Virus record (IMG/VR): IMGVR_UViG_3300044701_003563
From: a virus
Reading direction: 5' to 3' (one strand)
DNA length: 64,000 bases
A model generated the notes under the pieces. That model worked only from the letters and a program-made list of their open reading frames with translations, was not told where the DNA came from and did not search any database. The position numbers and the translations under genes were made by a program. Positions 20,757-30,158 of this stretch are shown here, in pieces (the stretch's first letter is position 1; every line of letters starts with the position of its first letter).

Positions 20757-21569
20757 TCAGTATCTAAGGAATCCTGCAACACTGTCAATAACGGCTCTAG
20801 TCGTGTCAACAATATTCTCATCAACTCTTCTTCTCAATGGATTAAGAGTTGCTGGGAGATTATTAAGTAATGGATTATCTCTGACCTGACTGGCAATATT
20901 ATAAACGTATCTATTGACAGTATATCTTGTGAATGAAAAAGAAACCGTACATTTTAAAATTTGAGAAGAATCATAAGAAACTGGCATCGATGCTATGGAA
21001 ATTGGATAGGCTTTATGAAATCTATATGACAAATAAGTTCCAGTAAAATCTCGTTCAAACTTATTAATAAAAATATCAGTTTGATAGTCTGTTGGAAAAG
21101 CAACTCTATAAAAATAATTTCCATCTTCACTTGATGGTCTGTCTCCAACTGGAATAATCGACTCATCTACTACATGTTGTATCCAATTTTCAAAAAACCA
21201 AATTATGTTATGACTATTTCCCGAACCACCAGCTCCTCTAGCTCCATAATGATCAACATAAAATGTAAAGTCCATTCTTTCATCAAATTGCCTCCTATAT
21301 GGATGTCTTTCTGTAACTCCAGTATAGTCCGAAAGAATTTCATTAGTAGCAAGTTGGGACCCAGGAAGAGAAGCTTCTGAACAGAGAAATGATATGTTTT
21401 CTTCAAGGCTCTTAAAATCTAATCCTCTTTCTTTTATCCACGATTTAGATTTTTCTGTAGGATAAAACCAACATTGATAAAACGATGTTAAGGAAGGTTT
21501 TGCAAATATACCTTTCCAATAAGTTACATCTGTCCTTGCAACATCTGGTTTAGGTGCTCGTAAAGGCAT
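20757..21569 (-). CDS. Tail-tube-fold protein (gp54/gp19-like tail tube initiator)
   Basis: LCSEASLPG, FTFYVD, FFENW, AYPISI...TVSFSF; divergent from gp4. Confidence 0.7.
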   Translation of the reverse strand: MPLRAPKPDVARTDVTYWKGIFAKPSLTSFYQCWFYPTEKSKSWIKERGLDFKSLEENISFLCSEASLPGSQLATNEILSDYTGVTERHPYRRQFDERMDFTFYVDHYGARGAGGSGNSHNIIWFFENWIQHVVDESIIPVGDRPSSEDGNYFYRVAFPTDYQTDIFINKFERDFTGTYLSYRFHKAYPISIASMPVSYDSSQILKCTVSFSFTRYTVNRYVYNIASQVRDNPLLNNLPATLNPLRRRVDENIVDTTRAVIDSVAGFLRY

Positions 21570-21570
21570 C

Positions 21571-21578
21571 TATAAATA
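21571..21578 (+). promoter_or_regulatory. T4-type late promoter TATAAATA upstream of gp4
   Basis: Exact consensus, 24 nt before the start codon. Confidence 0.75.
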
Positions 21579-21602
21579 CGATTAAAGACTTATATAATAT
21601 GT

Positions 21603-22058
21603 ATGCGAGAAAGAGAAGGTAAATATCATCAAGGAAAATTTCACCCAAGGAATCCAGAAAAATACAAGGGCGATGTAAATAATATTATATACAGATCTTC
21701 ATGGGAATTGAAATTCATGAAGTATTGTGATAGAAAAGAAAATATACTTGAGTGGGGAAGTGAGGAATTTTTTATACCTTATTATGACCCAACTACAGAA
21801 AGAGTTCGTAGATATTTCCCAGATTTCTATATGAAAATTGAAGAATCTGATGGAAAAATAAGTAGATACATTATAGAAGTTAAACCAAAAAGGCAGACGG
21901 TAAAGCCACAAAAAACTACAGGAAAAAGAAATAAAACATACATTAATGAAGTATTAACTTACGAAAAAAATAAAGCAAAATGGAAGGCAGCACAAGATTT
22001 TTGTGAAAGCAGATTAATTCATTTTAAGGTAATAACGGAAGACGATTTGGGACTATAA
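21603..22058 (+). CDS. gp4: Head completion protein gp4
   Basis: GKF.P.NP.KY.GD..NIIYRSSWE.KFM.YCD...W.SEE..IPY; YFPDF; EVKP. Confidence 0.92.
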   Translation: MREREGKYHQGKFHPRNPEKYKGDVNNIIYRSSWELKFMKYCDRKENILEWGSEEFFIPYYDPTTERVRRYFPDFYMKIEESDGKISRYIIEVKPKRQTVKPQKTTGKRNKTYINEVLTYEKNKAKWKAAQDFCESRLIHFKVITEDDLGL

Positions 22059-22067
22059 ATATAAATA
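22054..22067 (+). promoter_or_regulatory. Two overlapping T4-type late promoters (TATAAATATAAATA) upstream of gp48
   Basis: Exact consensus twice. Confidence 0.75.
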
Positions 22068-22084
22068 CTGCAATAAACTAAAAA

Positions 22085-23308
22085 ATGGCTCTTCCAATAG
22101 GTTGGAAACAAGAAGGATCATCTTATAGAATCGGAGTAATAGGATCTCAAAATGTTCAGACGGAACTTATAACAACCTTAGACGGAAAGCAGCAAATAGT
22201 TCAAAAGGGAACTAGTAATGTAATATACGAAAGAAATTTAAATGATACATCCTGGACCACAAAAAATAATGCTTTAGATCAGCAAATAGGATCAAATAAA
22301 ACAACATTACAATCAACTGCAAATGGATTGACATATAGATTAATCTCATCCAATGGTTCAGACGCACAGAAAACTGCAGCTAATAATTCAAATTCATTCA
22401 AATCTCAATCTAATAGTGGAATAGATCCCACTAATTTGGAGCAAGATGCGAGAAAAGTAGAACCAACAGTAACCCAACAATCCCAAACTACTGCGGCTGG
22501 AAAAAGATTCCAGTATCCAGTCAATATGACTGATGCTCAAGATAAAGTAAGATTTACTGCGGTCGAAATTATACCAGGAAAAAAATCTGAATTTCTTATT
22601 AAAGATGCTTCAATCTATATTGCAGTTCAAGGACCAATAACAGATACAAATGTTGTTAAATGGGGTGAGGGAACATTAAATCCAGCAGAGCAGGCTGGAT
22701 TAGATAAAGCTAGACAATTAATAGCAGAAGGAAAAGAACCTACCGTAGTTGCACAAGAATCTCAAACACAAGCAGCAAACTTTCTTCAGCAGCAACAAGC
22801 TGAAATGAGAGAACTTGCTGCTGGAGCTGCTGTCGGAAGACCTGATATATTAGCAAGAACAGCAGCAAAAATATTAAACCCCAACCTTGAGTTGTTATTT
22901 CAAGGTCCACAGTTAAGACAGTTCCAAATGACTTTTAAGATGAGTGCAAGGGATAAAACTGAAGCAGCTACCATAAAAACAATTATAAAATATTTTAAGA
23001 GGCATATGGCAGTAAGAAGAGATGCCAGTGCTGCCTTTTTAAAAGCACCTCACGTATTCACAATTCAGTATTTAAAAGGATCCCAAATTCACCCATCAAT
23101 TGGGAAAATAAGTCCAAAAATTTCTGGCAAAACAAAAGCATGTGCGTTACTTTCTTTTACTACTGATTATACTCCACTTGGACAGTATGCAACATATAAT
23201 GATTCGGAAGGAACTATGGTGGCATATACATTAAACTTACAGTTTCAAGAAATAGAACCACTTTATGATACAGATTACTTTGAAGACAATCATGCAATAG
23301 GTTACTAA
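22085..23308 (+). CDS. gp48: Baseplate tail-tube cap gp48
   Basis: ILNPNLELLFQGPQLR.F...FKM; DYTP.G.YATY; L.FQEIEP. Confidence 0.85.
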   Translation: MALPIGWKQEGSSYRIGVIGSQNVQTELITTLDGKQQIVQKGTSNVIYERNLNDTSWTTKNNALDQQIGSNKTTLQSTANGLTYRLISSNGSDAQKTAANNSNSFKSQSNSGIDPTNLEQDARKVEPTVTQQSQTTAAGKRFQYPVNMTDAQDKVRFTAVEIIPGKKSEFLIKDASIYIAVQGPITDTNVVKWGEGTLNPAEQAGLDKARQLIAEGKEPTVVAQESQTQAANFLQQQQAEMRELAAGAAVGRPDILARTAAKILNPNLELLFQGPQLRQFQMTFKMSARDKTEAATIKTIIKYFKRHMAVRRDASAAFLKAPHVFTIQYLKGSQIHPSIGKISPKISGKTKACALLSFTTDYTPLGQYATYNDSEGTMVAYTLNLQFQEIEPLYDTDYFEDNHAIGY

Positions 23309-23309
23309 A

Positions 23310-24101
23310 ATGTCAGATAACAACTATTTCAGATATATTCCAGATTTTGAATACATCTCAAGAGGTCCAGGCAAAATAGGTTCCTCAGACTTCATCAAAG
23401 TTAAAAATTTTTTCGTGAGGGGAAGCATAAGAGAAGATTTGTTTAATAACCTCACAGTATTTGATCGTTATATTATTGAAGGCGATGATAGACCAGATAA
23501 TGTTGCATATAAAGTTTATGAAGATCAAAATCTTGACTGGGTTATTTTACTATCAAATAATATTATTGACATATATTCTGAATGGCCATTATCTCAATTA
23601 AATTTTGAAGCATATCTAATGGAAAAATATGGCAATTTTCAAGAATTATATTCACCAAGATATTATGAAACTTTAGAAATAAAAGATAGTCAAGGAGTTG
23701 TCATAGTTCCAGCTGGACTTCAAGTTTCAAATCAATACATTGATTTTGAACAAACTATTATAGAAAAGCAAGAAGTATTTGATCCTAGAACTGAAATAAC
23801 TACGATTGTTGACGTAGAAGTTCCAAACACAAATTATTTGAAACTTAAACCAACATACTTTCAATTTTTTGACTATGGAACTGGTAAAGATGTTCTCTAC
23901 AATAGTGTGATAAAAGAAGTATCAAATTATGAGTATGAATTAAAAATTAACGAAGAAAAAAGACAGATCTTTGTTTTAAAGAGAGAATATTTGGGAATTC
24001 TTATAGATCAAATGGAAGAAAATCTTGAATACAAAAAAGGTTCCAAACAGTATGTGTCTGGAACCTTGAAAAGAGGATCTACTGTAGATTTTGAAGATTA
24101 A
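23310..24101 (+). CDS. gp53: Baseplate wedge subunit gp53
   Basis: YF...PDFEY; DRPDNVA.KVY...LDWVILL.NNI....EWP; SNYEYE...NE.KR.I. Confidence 0.9.
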   Translation: MSDNNYFRYIPDFEYISRGPGKIGSSDFIKVKNFFVRGSIREDLFNNLTVFDRYIIEGDDRPDNVAYKVYEDQNLDWVILLSNNIIDIYSEWPLSQLNFEAYLMEKYGNFQELYSPRYYETLEIKDSQGVVIVPAGLQVSNQYIDFEQTIIEKQEVFDPRTEITTIVDVEVPNTNYLKLKPTYFQFFDYGTGKDVLYNSVIKEVSNYEYELKINEEKRQIFVLKREYLGILIDQMEENLEYKKGSKQYVSGTLKRGSTVDFED

Positions 24102-25049
24102 TCAATCATCAAGAAGACCTTGGAACTTGCGAAGATAATCGTCTTCATCATCATTTTCTTCTAGATCAGTTTGTTTTGCAGGAGCAACATCCTTACTCTT
24201 CTTGTAAGAATTTTCAAGTTCCCTCAGAACATCTTCCTCACTAGTTTTCTTAGGAGCATAAGATTCATACTCTTCCTCTTCATCGTGAGTAGATGCTTTG
24301 GGAGCAACACGATTGATGCCAAGGACATAATTCATGCGCTTCTCAAGTTCTTCATAGGACTTGAATTGATCAGGAGCAAGGATTGCAGAAAGAGAATACT
24401 CTTTCTTCCAGATTGCTTCCAGTGCTTCATCGTCTTCAAGAAGAGGACCAGCAGTATCAAATTCAGATTTGTCGTAGTTCCAGTAACCTTCCACCTTACG
24501 AATCTTCAGACGGAAGTTTGCTCCTGCCCAAAAATCAAAAGGATTGATGGGTTCTTCGTCTTCAAACTCTGGTTGCATTGCATTCAGGATCTTATCAAAG
24601 ATCTTTTTACCATACTTGAAGAGAAATACTTTACCTTCATTCTGAGGATTTGCGGGATCCTTTACAACGTAGATGTTGCTGTAGTAGGACAGTTTACGCT
24701 TTTGCTTACGGACTGTTTCCTGATCTTTAGGATCACCAGTGTTCCAAAGACCACGATTCAGTTTTGCAACGGGATCTTCTTTGCTAATTGTGGTGAGAGA
24801 ATTTTCGATGTACCATCCACCAGGACCTTGGAATCCATGAGAATACATCTTCACCCAAGGAAGATCTTCATCGGGAGGGGCAGGCAGGAATCGGATAACG
24901 GCAGAACCAACACCGTCCTTACCCATTGCAGGTTTCCAGAGACGATCATCAGTGCCATTTCCACTATTCAGTTTTTCAACTTCTTTCACCAGTTTTTCGG
25001 TGAGAGAACCAAGAGAGGATTGCTTTTTGAGTTTAGAAAAATCAGACAT
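24102..25049 (-). CDS. gp32: Single-stranded DNA-binding protein gp32
   Basis: DDRLWKP...G.AVIRFLPAP; HGFQGPGGWYIENSLTT; YWNYDKSEF; acidic tail. Confidence 0.95.
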   Translation of the reverse strand: MSDFSKLKKQSSLGSLTEKLVKEVEKLNSGNGTDDRLWKPAMGKDGVGSAVIRFLPAPPDEDLPWVKMYSHGFQGPGGWYIENSLTTISKEDPVAKLNRGLWNTGDPKDQETVRKQKRKLSYYSNIYVVKDPANPQNEGKVFLFKYGKKIFDKILNAMQPEFEDEEPINPFDFWAGANFRLKIRKVEGYWNYDKSEFDTAGPLLEDDEALEAIWKKEYSLSAILAPDQFKSYEELEKRMNYVLGINRVAPKASTHDEEEEYESYAPKKTSEEDVLRELENSYKKSKDVAPAKQTDLEENDDEDDYLRKFQGLLDD

Positions 25050-25092
25050 GTGTTTTACGGATTGTTTGAGATTTGGCCTTTACGACGACTTT

Positions 25093-25121
25093 ATCCTACC
25101 AGTGGCAAGAAGGGATGTCAA
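25093..25121 (-). promoter_or_regulatory. Sigma70-type promoter for gp32 (TTGACA-17-TAGGAT)
   Basis: Consensus -35 with 17 nt spacer, inside the 3' end of the upstream gene. Confidence 0.65.
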
Positions 25122-25824
25122 GCCCTGTATCTAAAAATATAGTGTTTATATCATCTTTATATATTTCTTTATATCCATGAGAAATTATTTTTTTTCTTAT
25201 CAATTTACATTCTTCTATGTAATCCAAAAAGTTTTGATATTTTTCATTTAATTCTTTTAATTCTATTATAATCATTTTTGGTTTCCAAAAATCAATAGAA
25301 AAAGATTTCATAACATCGTACTCATTCCCTTCAACATCAACTACTAAGATATCAAAATTTTTTGGTACATTGTGTTCTTTTAAAATTACTTCCAGTCTAT
25401 ATTGAGGAACCTTTACAATATCATAAGATATATGACTCATCCATTCTATGTCTGGAGTTCTTAAAACTTCAGACATATCTGATGTTGAATATTGATAATA
25501 TAAACAATCTTGACTATCTTTGTCCATTGATCTACTGTAAGAGTTATAGAAATTTATTTCTCCCTCAACAGACCCAATAGAACAACGAATTACTTCGGCT
25601 TTGTTATAATAATGCCTATTATAACAAAGTTCATACGACCTTTGAATTGGTTCTATGTATAATCCATTCCACCCAAAATCAGAAAGTCCACTTGTATTGG
25701 AGCAGAATTCTCCGTCATAAGCTCCAACTTCAACAAAAAACCCCTCATAAGGAAATCCAAAAACATGCTCATAGATATTTGAAAGATTTTCTATTTGACA
25801 TGTATTACTTATATTATACGTCAT
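25096..25824 (-). CDS. FkbM-family SAM methyltransferase
   Basis: GFFVEVGAYDG...SNT..L...GWNGLYIEP; DILVVDVEG.E. Confidence 0.85.
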   Translation of the reverse strand: MTYNISNTCQIENLSNIYEHVFGFPYEGFFVEVGAYDGEFCSNTSGLSDFGWNGLYIEPIQRSYELCYNRHYYNKAEVIRCSIGSVEGEINFYNSYSRSMDKDSQDCLYYQYSTSDMSEVLRTPDIEWMSHISYDIVKVPQYRLEVILKEHNVPKNFDILVVDVEGNEYDVMKSFSIDFWKPKMIIIELKELNEKYQNFLDYIEECKLIRKKIISHGYKEIYKDDINTIFLDTGLDIPSCHW

Positions 25825-25832
25825 AATTTATT

Positions 25833-26159
25833 TTATGATAAAACATCTTTCATGACTTTAATCATGGATTCCATATTATTAAAAATCACACCAATATCTA
25901 TATTCTCTTGCATTCCCATCATCACTGCTTGCCTTTGAATTTTTTCTTTAAATTCAATTGCTTCTGGGTCATCAGAAAGAGATAATCTGGTATATAAAAT
26001 CCTTTGCTTTTCAAGAAGTTTTTCAAGTAACCCAACATGAAACTTCTTTTCATCTAAATTCATTGTTGGAAATTTAAAAATATTTTTATAGATATCTTCC
26101 TGGAGAATTGTAATCTCAGTCATTTCTGCTCGTACAATTTCAGAATTAAAAAAACTCAC
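25833..26159 (-). CDS. DUF1825-like cyanobacterial/cyanophage protein
   Basis: MSFF.SEIVR.E...; KQRI.YTRLSLSDDP.A. Confidence 0.75.
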   Translation of the reverse strand: MSFFNSEIVRAEMTEITILQEDIYKNIFKFPTMNLDEKKFHVGLLEKLLEKQRILYTRLSLSDDPEAIEFKEKIQRQAVMMGMQENIDIGVIFNNMESMIKVMKDVLS

Positions 26160-26752
26160 TTGATAAACTCCTTAATTATATTTTTGTACTTATCCATGTC
26201 AATATGTATAAAAGGAGAATACTTTTCTATCTTCATGGAAGTAAATTCCCATATTGGATCGATAAGATTCTTGTCATAATTTGATTTGTATTTTAAAACC
26301 CTGTTGAGAATAACAAGAGTTTCTAATGAAACTTTTCCAGATAGATAAAGTTTAATTATACGTGGGTGTTTAGATCCAATGACTTTGAAGTTGGAAACAA
26401 AATCTCCATCAGAAAATATAACATCCAATTCTTCTTTGAAGATATAAGTTAAAGATTGAAGTTTCTTTTGCCAGTTCTTATAGTTCTGCTCTCCATTCTT
26501 AATGATTTCCCCAATCCATAAGGTCTGGGGATCATCACAAGATGCAAAATTGGCAACAAAAAAGTTTTTAATTTCTTCTTCAGTTTTTGTTCTGGACATT
26601 TTTTCAAACCAGAACCTGTCTTTTCGATTGTAAAAAGATTGCAAAGAAGCTTTCACTTTACCATTGTATTTGTGAAAATCATATTTTTTCTGAGTAAAGT
26701 GATTCTTAATTGCAATATAAGTCCTATAACATTCTAACGGATTAAGATTCAA
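26156..26752 (-). CDS. gp59: Helicase loader gp59
   Basis: Y..Y.AIKNHFT...YDF.KY.GK...F..RKDR.WFEK; synteny with gp32 and gp33. Confidence 0.88.
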   Translation of the reverse strand: MNLNPLECYRTYIAIKNHFTQKKYDFHKYNGKVKASLQSFYNRKDRFWFEKMSRTKTEEEIKNFFVANFASCDDPQTLWIGEIIKNGEQNYKNWQKKLQSLTYIFKEELDVIFSDGDFVSNFKVIGSKHPRIIKLYLSGKVSLETLVILNRVLKYKSNYDKNLIDPIWEFTSMKIEKYSPFIHIDMDKYKNIIKEFIK

Positions 26753-27060
26753 AATACCAATCGTGCTTTAGAGGTTTTCTTTAGAAAATTAAGATGAATT
26801 GCTTCGCATTTAATCTTTTCTTTCAATGGTTTTGAAAGAAGTTTTGGAACTGATTCCAAATCAATTTTATTTCTATCGCAGAAATAAATGATAGCATCAA
26901 TGTAAGAAACTTTTTCTTCTTGAACAACTTTCTCAATTTCTTGAGCAAACCTGGACGGACAATAAAATTTTTCCTGTAGGACTTTTTTAATTTCCTGTTT
27001 ATATTCTTTATCCATTGTATTTTCTAAATTTAAATCTATGAAATTGTCAAATACACTCAT
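26749..27060 (-). CDS. gp33: Late transcription co-activator gp33
   Basis: FAQEIE.....SYIDAI..FC....D.ESV.KL.SKPLKEK...EA..LNFL. The true start may be a downstream Met. Confidence 0.88.
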   Translation of the reverse strand: MSVFDNFIDLNLENTMDKEYKQEIKKVLQEKFYCPSRFAQEIEKVVQEEKVSYIDAIIYFCDRNKIDLESVPKLLSKPLKEKIKCEAIHLNFLKKTSKARLVF

Positions 27061-27745
27061 AATCCATTACCTTATCATTAACAAATTTTTTGATATATTT
27101 AAGCAAGAGATTAAAATATTTTTTCTTATCGTACTCTTCATAAACACGGAGTTCGCCATCTCGGCAACCCATGATAATAACAAATTTTTTAACAGAAAGA
27201 CCTGTTAATTCATGAAGCATACATGCATACGCACAACATTGGACGAAATAATCTTCAATCCATTTTCTTGGTTTTGGATACTTTGAGGTTTTGAAGTCAA
27301 TTATTGCTAATTCTGGTATTCCATTATCTCCAGTATATTCTCCGATACAATCGGTAGTTCCAGCAATCCCGAGAGATGAGCTATAAAGGGAACCTTCAAG
27401 TGCGTGAATATTATTTATGTTGTTTAGGGCAGGAACCATAATCTGAAATAGCATTTCAGACATAGGAAGAACATCAGAATTGCAATCAAGATTTTTAAGA
27501 TATTGTTCAGTAAGTGTATGAGTATCTGTTCCAATAGAAGTAGATTCTTTACAGATACGATTTGCTTCTTTTTCTCCTACCTTTTCTCTCCATTCAGAAA
27601 ATTTTTCTTTATTATAATGGCTGGTGACTGAAGTAATCGACACCAGCCTTTGGAGATTTTCTTGTCCTGGGATTTTATAATATCGAATTCCATCTATAGT
27701 TTCCCTTTTAAGATTGGGAAGATTCAAATCAACATGTGTAAACAT
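27047..27745 (-). CDS. PD-(D/E)XK exonuclease (Cas4-like/exonuclease A of T4-like cyanophages)
   Basis: SITSV; AGTTDCI; IIDFKTS; YFVQ..AYA. Confidence 0.85.
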   Translation of the reverse strand: MFTHVDLNLPNLKRETIDGIRYYKIPGQENLQRLVSITSVTSHYNKEKFSEWREKVGEKEANRICKESTSIGTDTHTLTEQYLKNLDCNSDVLPMSEMLFQIMVPALNNINNIHALEGSLYSSSLGIAGTTDCIGEYTGDNGIPELAIIDFKTSKYPKPRKWIEDYFVQCCAYACMLHELTGLSVKKFVIIMGCRDGELRVYEEYDKKKYFNLLLKYIKKFVNDKVMDYECI

Positions 27746-28503
27746 TAAAGATCAAGCTCCGTTTTTTTAGTAAGGTATTCTTTAACAAGTCCAGATCTTA
27801 CAATGTCATCAACTTCAAAATGAATCATTTCAAAGGAAGGCATTTGCTGCAAGATCCTCATAAAATCAACAACTCCAGATCGTTCGTATTGTTTTGTGAG
27901 ATCACTTTGCCTTGTGTCTCCACAGAACATGATCTTAGAGTTTTCTCCAACTCTTGTAATTATACTATCAAGCTCATGAAAGTTCAAGTTTTGAAATTCA
28001 TCAACAATAATAATCGCATTTTCAAATGTCGTTCCACGAATAAATGAAGTTGACCAAAAACTAATAGTTCCTTGTGTCTTCAGATTTGCATAGAGCATCT
28101 CTTCTGCAGCTTCATCATACACATCAAACATTGCTTTTACCATGTTTTTATATGGGATCTGATAAAGATCTGCTTTGTCATCATGAGATCCTGGAAGAAA
28201 TCCAATTTCCCTTGTGGGAACTAGTGACCTTACCAAATAAATCTTTTCGTATGGTGATCTTTCATCCAAAACATCACATAAAGAATTATAGAGTGTGATA
28301 AATGTTTTTCCAGTTCCTGCTGCGCCATATGCAACTAAATGTTTATTTTCTTCATAGGCATTGAATAATCGTTCTTGATTATCTGTTAAGGGGGTAATAT
28401 CTTTTAAAAGATCTACATTGATTGGTTTTTTTCTTCTTAATTGTTTCGGTGTCAACCCAACACCAACTTGATTTTCGGTCGGTCCCCTTCTTTTTCTTGC
28501 CAT
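27745..28503 (-). CDS. phoH: PhoH-family ATPase
   Basis: GAAGTGKT Walker A, REIGFLPG, IIVDEFQN, GD..QSDL. Confidence 0.95.
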   Translation of the reverse strand: MARKRRGPTENQVGVGLTPKQLRRKKPINVDLLKDITPLTDNQERLFNAYEENKHLVAYGAAGTGKTFITLYNSLCDVLDERSPYEKIYLVRSLVPTREIGFLPGSHDDKADLYQIPYKNMVKAMFDVYDEAAEEMLYANLKTQGTISFWSTSFIRGTTFENAIIIVDEFQNLNFHELDSIITRVGENSKIMFCGDTRQSDLTKQYERSGVVDFMRILQQMPSFEMIHFEVDDIVRSGLVKEYLTKKTELDL

Positions 28504-28511
28504 AGAATTTC

Positions 28512-28763
28512 TTACCTTCTAATTTGATTTTTGGATCCAGCAGATTTTGCAGCTTTATCTAAAACTTCTTTCCAACCAGAATGTTTATTTTCAAGTTTAT
28601 CACGCCATTCACCAACTTCCCCTGCTGAAGGGCAAGTTGATGGATCAGACCAATCCCGTGTCCATTCTGGGTTATCTTTTTTCCATTGATCCCAATCATG
28701 GATACTCATTTCCACTTCTTTTTGTTCACCAGTTGTAATGTGAATAACAGGATATGTTGCCAT
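28512..28763 (-). CDS. Conserved T4-like cyanophage hypothetical protein
   Basis: MATYPV....TGE.KE..MS..DW..W...NP.W.RDW; usual position between thyX and phoH. Confidence 0.7.
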   Translation of the reverse strand: MATYPVIHITTGEQKEVEMSIHDWDQWKKDNPEWTRDWSDPSTCPSAGEVGEWRDKLENKHSGWKEVLDKAAKSAGSKNQIRR

Positions 28764-28782
28764 TTTCTAATAATAATGTGTA

Positions 28783-29457
28783 TCAGTATTTATTATGTGT
28801 ATTCCACTCCAATGCTTCTGCAACATTGGGAAATTGTCCAGCAAAAATACACTGACATTCTTTAGCAATATCCATATGCTCCTGCTGTGTTCCATTTTCA
28901 GAACGAAGTTGAATATAATGAATCCAAGAACGACAAGAACCAGTCATGTAAATTCGTGTAGGAGTTGCAAGAGGAAGAATGAATCTAGCACATTCTTTAG
29001 CAATACCATCATTCAACATTTGCTTATAAAGATCCATTCCTCTTTTGAAATAATCTTGATTCAACATTTCATACTTTTGAAGAACGAAAGGATCTACATC
29101 ATCAATACTATTCTGACGATTCTTGGTGTCCTGACGACGAAGTTCAGGAACGGGAATATTCCCAAGCAAAGAGCTATCAGCATACCTCTGTGAGAACTCC
29201 TGGAAGGTGAATGAACGATGCCTGAGGATCTGGGCAGCAATGCCCCTGGTAGTGTTGATCTCCAGGGTCATAAAGGCATGTTCAAAGATGCTCCAGTGCT
29301 CATGCTTGATACAATACCGAAGCAATCCAGCAGCAGTATCAAAGTTGAGTTGATTGTTTGGGTTGCTGACACGGGCAATGTAAGAGATTACCTCTTGAGC
29401 ATTCTGTTCAATCAGATCACCAGCACCCTGAGTGATAGCAATTAGTTTTGTATTCAT
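28783..29457 (-). CDS. thyX: Flavin-dependent thymidylate synthase
   Basis: RHRSFTFQEFSQRY ThyX signature; HWS.FE; ARF.LP. Confidence 0.96.
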   Translation of the reverse strand: MNTKLIAITQGAGDLIEQNAQEVISYIARVSNPNNQLNFDTAAGLLRYCIKHEHWSIFEHAFMTLEINTTRGIAAQILRHRSFTFQEFSQRYADSSLLGNIPVPELRRQDTKNRQNSIDDVDPFVLQKYEMLNQDYFKRGMDLYKQMLNDGIAKECARFILPLATPTRIYMTGSCRSWIHYIQLRSENGTQQEHMDIAKECQCIFAGQFPNVAEALEWNTHNKY

Positions 29458-29642
29458 TCTTCAATCTCCCAACTATCTTTTTCTTTTTTACGAAGTTTTT
29501 TGAGTTCCTTCATCATATCTTTAATCTCCTGATATGCAACTTCGGGAGACATTTTATCAGATACTTCAAGTCCAACAATATATTGAACTTTATCTCCAAA
29601 TCGAGCAAGTGCTCTTTCAAATTCAGTTAATGTTTCGTACAT
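29454..29642 (-). CDS. Hypothetical protein
   Basis: ORF with GGAGG RBS; overlaps the thyX start. Confidence 0.7.
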   Translation of the reverse strand: MYETLTEFERALARFGDKVQYIVGLEVSDKMSPEVAYQEIKDMMKELKKLRKKEKDSWEIEE

Positions 29643-29644
29643 TT

Positions 29645-29794
29645 TTAATCCTCCTCGTAGTATTCAATGTCATCATCAAGATCTGGTGGAAGAAAAGTTT
29701 GAAAATCATTTGATTCGGTTTTAACTTCTTCTTTAAGCATGGAAATAAGAATTTCCATGTTTTCTATTATCCACGAAACCTTTTCTTTATCCAT
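29645..29794 (-). CDS. Small acidic hypothetical protein (49 aa, MDKEKVSWIIENMEILISMLKEEV...YYEED)
   Basis: Manually translated; preceded by a TTGACT-17-TAAAAT promoter at 29819-29847. Confidence 0.65.
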   Translation of the reverse strand: MDKEKVSWIIENMEILISMLKEEVKTESNDFQTFLPPDLDDDIEYYEED

Positions 29795-29827
29795 GAAATA
29801 TATTTGTTCGACATGTACATTTTACAC

Positions 29828-29857
29828 AAAAAAAGAGAGGGAGTCAAGTCCCTCTCT
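29828..29857 (-). terminator. Intrinsic terminator closing the riboswitch operon
   Basis: 9-bp stem AGAGAGGGA/TCCCTCTCT, 6-nt loop, U-tract on the minus strand. Confidence 0.85.
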
Positions 29858-29863
29858 AATTTA

Positions 29864-29971
29864 TTAAGCAACTTGTGGTTGCTTTGCCATATTCAATTGT
29901 GCTTCTTTAAGTTTTTCGTCTTTTTCTTTTTTATCTTTAATAATCTGAAGAGGATTTAATTTGACAATCAT
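29864..29971 (-). CDS. Small protein (35 aa, MIVKLNPLQIIKDKKEKDEKLKEAQLNMAKQPQVA)
   Basis: ATGA overlap with the upstream gene stop; GGAGG RBS. Confidence 0.6.
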   Translation of the reverse strand: MIVKLNPLQIIKDKKEKDEKLKEAQLNMAKQPQVA

Positions 29972-30126
29972 TTTGCCACCTCCCCATTATTGCAAGGACG
30001 ATAGGGAATTCCACGGTATGTATTTTGTGGATGTGCTGGTGCATGTGTTTTAGAATACCACTTACGATATTCTTCTTTAGGTGTGTCGGTATTATACTGA
30101 CAACCCCTATAGGTTGCTTGTGACAT
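29968..30126 (-). CDS. DUF4278-like small protein (52 aa) with two TYRG.xY motifs
   Basis: MSQATYRGCQY...NTYRGIPY; AAGGAG RBS; directly downstream of the riboswitch-like element. Confidence 0.8.
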   Translation of the reverse strand: MSQATYRGCQYNTDTPKEEYRKWYSKTHAPAHPQNTYRGIPYRPCNNGEVAK

Positions 30127-30158
30127 TAGGTTTTCTCCTTAGTTTTTAGGTTAAAGAG

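Noticed and set aside
24171-25142. 323-aa plus-strand ORF antisense to gp32
   Set aside because: Shadow ORF with implausible composition opposite a conserved core gene.
27047-27745. Cas4-like nuclease as part of a CRISPR system
   Set aside because: It is a core T4-like cyanophage exonuclease; no array or other cas genes are present.
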